The notes under the pieces are model-generated. The model worked only from the letters and a program-made list of their open reading frames with translations. It was not told the DNA's origin and searched no databases. DNA of 63,818 bases, the filler included, from Acidimicrobiia bacterium (lineage in GTDB: Bacteria > Actinomycetota > Acidimicrobiia > Spongiisociales > JAHEDJ01), in assembly GCA_029210695.1 (NCBI GenBank). It is 3 parts of 3 records of this genome, joined end to end, with 100 filler letters (N's around TTAATTAATTAA, not from the genome) between each part and the next. Parts side by side here need not be neighbours in the genome. Positions count along the whole stretch, not along the records: positions 55,389 to 63,818 come from JARGFH010000093.1; 2 more parts are not named here. One strand, written 5' to 3'. The position numbers and the translations under genes were made by a program. Every line of letters begins with the position of its first letter. Within the stretch, counting starts at the first letter, position 1. Positions 60,514-63,818 of the stretch are shown piece after piece.

Positions 60514-61854
60514 CTAGCCATCGAGGCTCGCCACTTTGCTGAACACCGGGTTGTTGGTGTCGTAGTTCCCATCAACAACCTGATACACGGCAATGGTGGC
60601 CGTGGACTGGCAGTCGCCGAGGTCGTTGCAGTTCAGCGTGCCGGTGATGCCCTGGACGCCGGAGGTGGCGAACAGTGCATCCTTCAGCGCCGTCCTCGGG
60701 ATATACAGAGTCCCGCCTTCATCGATCGCTACCGCCTTGATTGCGTCGAAGAACATGTTGGCGGCGTCGTAGGAGTGGGCGTGGAAGGCCGCGGCCGGTT
60801 CGCCACCCCACAGCTCCTGGTAGGCCGTCTTGAACTCACCTGCGTAGAAGTCCTGGTCGCCGGTGAAGGCGGACAGGTCGGGCCCGGACAGGTAGACGCC
60901 TTCAACGGCCTCACCGGCCGCAGCCACGTAGTCGGCCGACAGCATGCCGTCGGATCCGATCAGCTCGGTATCAGCCAGGCCATCGATCTGGCGCGCCTGC
61001 TGGGTGATGAGTCCACCTTCGGGGGCGAAGATCGGGAAGTAGAGCACGTCCGGGCTATCGGCTGCGATCGAGGTCAGCACCGACGTGTAGTCGGTTTCCT
61101 GCACCTGGATGGCTTCTCTCTTGGTGATCGTGCCACCGAGTTCCTCGAACGTGTCCGCGAACACGGCCTGAAGGCCGTCGGCATAGGGGCTGCCATCGTG
61201 GATCGTGGCTGCGGTCCGTGCGCCGAGTTCGTTATAGGCGAACTCCGCAACCGCCGCACCCTGCAATTTGTCGTTGTGGGCGGTGCGCAGGTAGAAGGCC
61301 TGATGCTCTTCGGGTGTTGTTAATGCCGGGCCGGTATTGGACGGCGAGATGATCGAGATGCCCTTGTCGCTCAGGATCGTATCGGCGACGCCGAGCGCGG
61401 CGCTCGAGCAGCTGGTGCCGATAACACCAACCGTGCTCGGGTCGGCGGCGAGCGCCTGGGCGCCTGCCTGTCCGCCCTCTGCCGAGCAACCGTCGTCCTG
61501 ATGGTTGAACGCGATCGGATGACCGAGAAGCTCACCGTTGACGCCGTCAAAGGTTCCGTCGAGATAATCGGCGGCCATGACTACGCCGTTCTGGCTGTCC
61601 TGGCCCAAGCTGGCGTTCGCACCGGAAATGACGAGCAATGTGCCGATGGTGATCGCTTCACCGCTGCCAACTTCCACGCAACCGAACGGATCGGCGTCGC
61701 AGACTGCCGAGGCATCTCCGCCTCCGCCGCCTGTGGTCGTGTCGCTGCCGCCACCCGCGGTCGTGTCACTGCTGTCACTGCCGCAAGCGGCAACGATGAG
61801 CGAAAAGACCATGAGCAGCAGAACGAGTTTTCCTAGGGATGTTTTGTTCCGCAA
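60514..61854 (-). CDS. livK: Branched-chain amino acid ABC substrate-binding lipoprotein
   Basis: Lipobox VAAC, DDGCSAE, GTSCSS, ISPSNT, RTAHND and YDAA. Confidence 0.9.
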   Translation of the reverse strand: MRNKTSLGKLVLLLMVFSLIVAACGSDSSDTTAGGGSDTTTGGGGGDASAVCDADPFGCVEVGSGEAITIGTLLVISGANASLGQDSQNGVVMAADYLDGTFDGVNGELLGHPIAFNHQDDGCSAEGGQAGAQALAADPSTVGVIGTSCSSAALGVADTILSDKGISIISPSNTGPALTTPEEHQAFYLRTAHNDKLQGAAVAEFAYNELGARTAATIHDGSPYADGLQAVFADTFEELGGTITKREAIQVQETDYTSVLTSIAADSPDVLYFPIFAPEGGLITQQARQIDGLADTELIGSDGMLSADYVAAAGEAVEGVYLSGPDLSAFTGDQDFYAGEFKTAYQELWGGEPAAAFHAHSYDAANMFFDAIKAVAIDEGGTLYIPRTALKDALFATSGVQGITGTLNCNDLGDCQSTATIAVYQVVDGNYDTNNPVFSKVASLDG

Positions 61855-62031
61855 TTTGATTTCCTCCTTCGGTGCCGCCGGGCGGTACCGATTTCTTCCC
61901 GTTGATCCTGCCGGGCAGGATGTGACGCAGGAGTTTAGGCACGCTGGGCAGCAGTTGTTCTCTGAAGTGCCCTATTCGCCTGGATTCGTCAGGGGTGCGG
62001 TACGCTGCCCGGACGGGCTGAAGGAGTGCCG

Positions 62032-62742
62032 ATGACTGAAGAGCTAGCCGCTACCGATGCTTACCAGCGCCGCGTGCATGCTGTGGTTGAGGAAATGCAA
62101 GACGGCGGCGTCGTGCTCGACCGCACGGTGTTCTACCCGCGCGGTGGAGGGCAGCCCGGGGATACCGGCATCCTGAGAACTCCGGCCGGCGATGTGCGGG
62201 TGTCGGATACCTTCAAGCGAAGCGGACTCCTGCTGCACCGGATCGAGGGCGGGAACCTCGAGGCCGGGATGAGCGTTGAGGCGGTGATCGACTGGGAGCG
62301 AAGGCACCTCCTGATGAGAACACACACCGCGTTGCACGCTCTGTCTGCGGTGATCTGGCGCGACTTCGGCGCCAAGGTGACCGGCGGCAACATGGAACCC
62401 GGATCGGCGCGCATGGACTTCGAGCTGGACGCCATCTCAGTGGACTTCGGCCGCGACGTTGAGCGGGTGCTGAACGATGAACTGGGCGGAGATCTGCCGG
62501 TTCATGTGCATTTCCTTCCGCGTCTAGAGGCTCTGGCCGATCCTGATCTCATCCGAACCAAGGTGAACCTCCTGCCCGATTTCATCGACCCCATCCGGAT
62601 CATCGAGATCGAAGGCCTCGACAAACAAGCCGATGGAGGGACCCATGTTCGCTCCACCGGGGAGGTGGGTCGGGTGGCCGTCACGAAGACGGAGAGCAAA
62701 GGTAAATCCAACAAACGAATCCGCATCGAACTCGCCGACTGA
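62032..62742 (+). CDS. alaX: Free-standing alanyl-tRNA editing protein AlaX (AlaX-M size)
   Basis: DRTVFYPRGGGQPGD, MRTHTALH, RMDF and QADGGTHV; AAGGAG RBS. Confidence 0.92.
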   Translation: MTEELAATDAYQRRVHAVVEEMQDGGVVLDRTVFYPRGGGQPGDTGILRTPAGDVRVSDTFKRSGLLLHRIEGGNLEAGMSVEAVIDWERRHLLMRTHTALHALSAVIWRDFGAKVTGGNMEPGSARMDFELDAISVDFGRDVERVLNDELGGDLPVHVHFLPRLEALADPDLIRTKVNLLPDFIDPIRIIEIEGLDKQADGGTHVRSTGEVGRVAVTKTESKGKSNKRIRIELAD

Positions 62743-63710
62743 TGCTCGACTTCGTTCTCGGTCTCTACTTCGCCGGTCTCCTCGTCAGGGGATGGATGCG
62801 CGGTCTGGTCAAAGAGGCGATGGATCTGGCCGGGATGCTGATCGGCCTGGCGCTCGCCTTCCGGTTGAGCGGACCGGCCGGCAAGGTGGTCGAGGCCACC
62901 ACGGGTGTAAGCGATCCAACCGCGCCGCTGCTGGGCGGCGTGGCCGTCTTCCTGATCGTGGGCCTCGGCGCCACCGTATTGAGCCATTACCTGAGCAAGG
63001 TCGCCCGGCTGCCGGGGCTCAACCTGAGCAACCGGTTGCTCGGCGGCGCCCTGGCACTCGCCTGGGCGCTGTTCCTCGCCACACTGATCCTTTCACTGGT
63101 CAAGGTCCTCCCGCTCCCGGGGTCTGCCCATGAGTCCATCGACAACTCGCGCGTAGCGTCGGCGCTGACCGATCCTGGTTTCGTGACCCACCGGGCCTTC
63201 ACGGTGATCTCAGGTGACGACATCCTGGCCAATCTCTTGAGCCTCGAGGACGTTCTCGGTGAGCGATCAGTCATCCTCGATGAGGACGATCGGATCGAGT
63301 TCGACGCCGTTCCCGTCGAAGATCTCGAGGACGCTCCGGACGCGGCGCGCGAGATCTTCGAGTTCGTGAACCTCTCGAGGATCGAGGCGGGCGTCGATCC
63401 CCTGGCTTGGTCAGATGCCCTGGCCGATGTGGCGATCGGCCATGCCCGGGCGATGTACGCCAACGGCTACTTCTCCCATGTCTCGCCCGTCACCGGCACC
63501 GTGGCCGATCGGGTCGAAGCGGCCGGGATTCCGTATCGGATCGTCGGTGAGAACCTGGCCCTAGCGGTGACTCCCTCGCAAGTGCACGAGGGCTTGATGG
63601 ACAGCCCAGGCCATTACGAGAACATCGTGCGGCCGACCTTCCGCCGTGTGGGCATCGCCGCCATCAAGGGTCCATTGGGCTTCATGGTGGTCCAAGTATT
63701 CAGCGGCTAG
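62742..63710 (+). CDS. CvpA (colicin V production) membrane domain fused to a CAP/SCP domain
   Basis: RGWMRGLVKE and NRLLGG (CvpA); VNLSR, HARAM, YFSH, GENLA and MDSPGHYENI (CAP). Confidence 0.85.
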   Translation: MLDFVLGLYFAGLLVRGWMRGLVKEAMDLAGMLIGLALAFRLSGPAGKVVEATTGVSDPTAPLLGGVAVFLIVGLGATVLSHYLSKVARLPGLNLSNRLLGGALALAWALFLATLILSLVKVLPLPGSAHESIDNSRVASALTDPGFVTHRAFTVISGDDILANLLSLEDVLGERSVILDEDDRIEFDAVPVEDLEDAPDAAREIFEFVNLSRIEAGVDPLAWSDALADVAIGHARAMYANGYFSHVSPVTGTVADRVEAAGIPYRIVGENLALAVTPSQVHEGLMDSPGHYENIVRPTFRRVGIAAIKGPLGFMVVQVFSG

Positions 63711-63818
63711 CCAAAGTTGACCGGTCCGTGAGGCAAGGTAGAACCTAGTGGTCTGTCGCTGAAATGGCGAACCGGTGTAGTGTTGGGGGATGGTTGCTAC
63801 TGCTGAAGCGTTGCGGAT

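Noticed and set aside
63790..63818. Possible start of a next gene (MVATAEALR...)
   Set aside because: Too short at the window edge to support a call.

Overview
High-GC bacterial DNA with actinobacterial, probably Acidimicrobiia-like, gene content (inferred from dnaK-grpE-dnaJ-hspR and MtrAB-like genes). The window is three pieces (1-28021, 28122-55288, 55389-63818) joined by artificial 100-nt N/TTAATTAATTAA spacers, so adjacency across the gaps is not real evidence. Piece 1: NDH-2, a 1485-aa membrane protein, a form-II (AYRGAGR) coxSLM-D-E plus xdhC/coxG molybdenum hydroxylase cluster, an MtrAB-like two-component system with a GerMN lipoprotein, gene remnants, and a flavin monooxygenase cut by an IS21-like end. 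Piece 2: a decayed element at tRNA-Lys(TTT), an endonuclease IV-like TIM barrel fused to a LigD-type primase-polymerase, a monoheme temptin-like protein with a His/Asp tail, a uracil/xanthine permease with a terminator in its leader, a 5'-3' exonuclease, clpB, archease-mscL-rtcB and the dnaK operon. Piece 3: a partial AI-2E transporter, livKHMGF, AlaX and a CvpA-CAP fusion. The strongest leads are the EndoIV-PrimPol fusion, a family of 50-52-nt palindromic elements with conserved length but different stems, and the candidate attenuator/riboswitch. All family calls come from motif recognition by eye; no searches were run.
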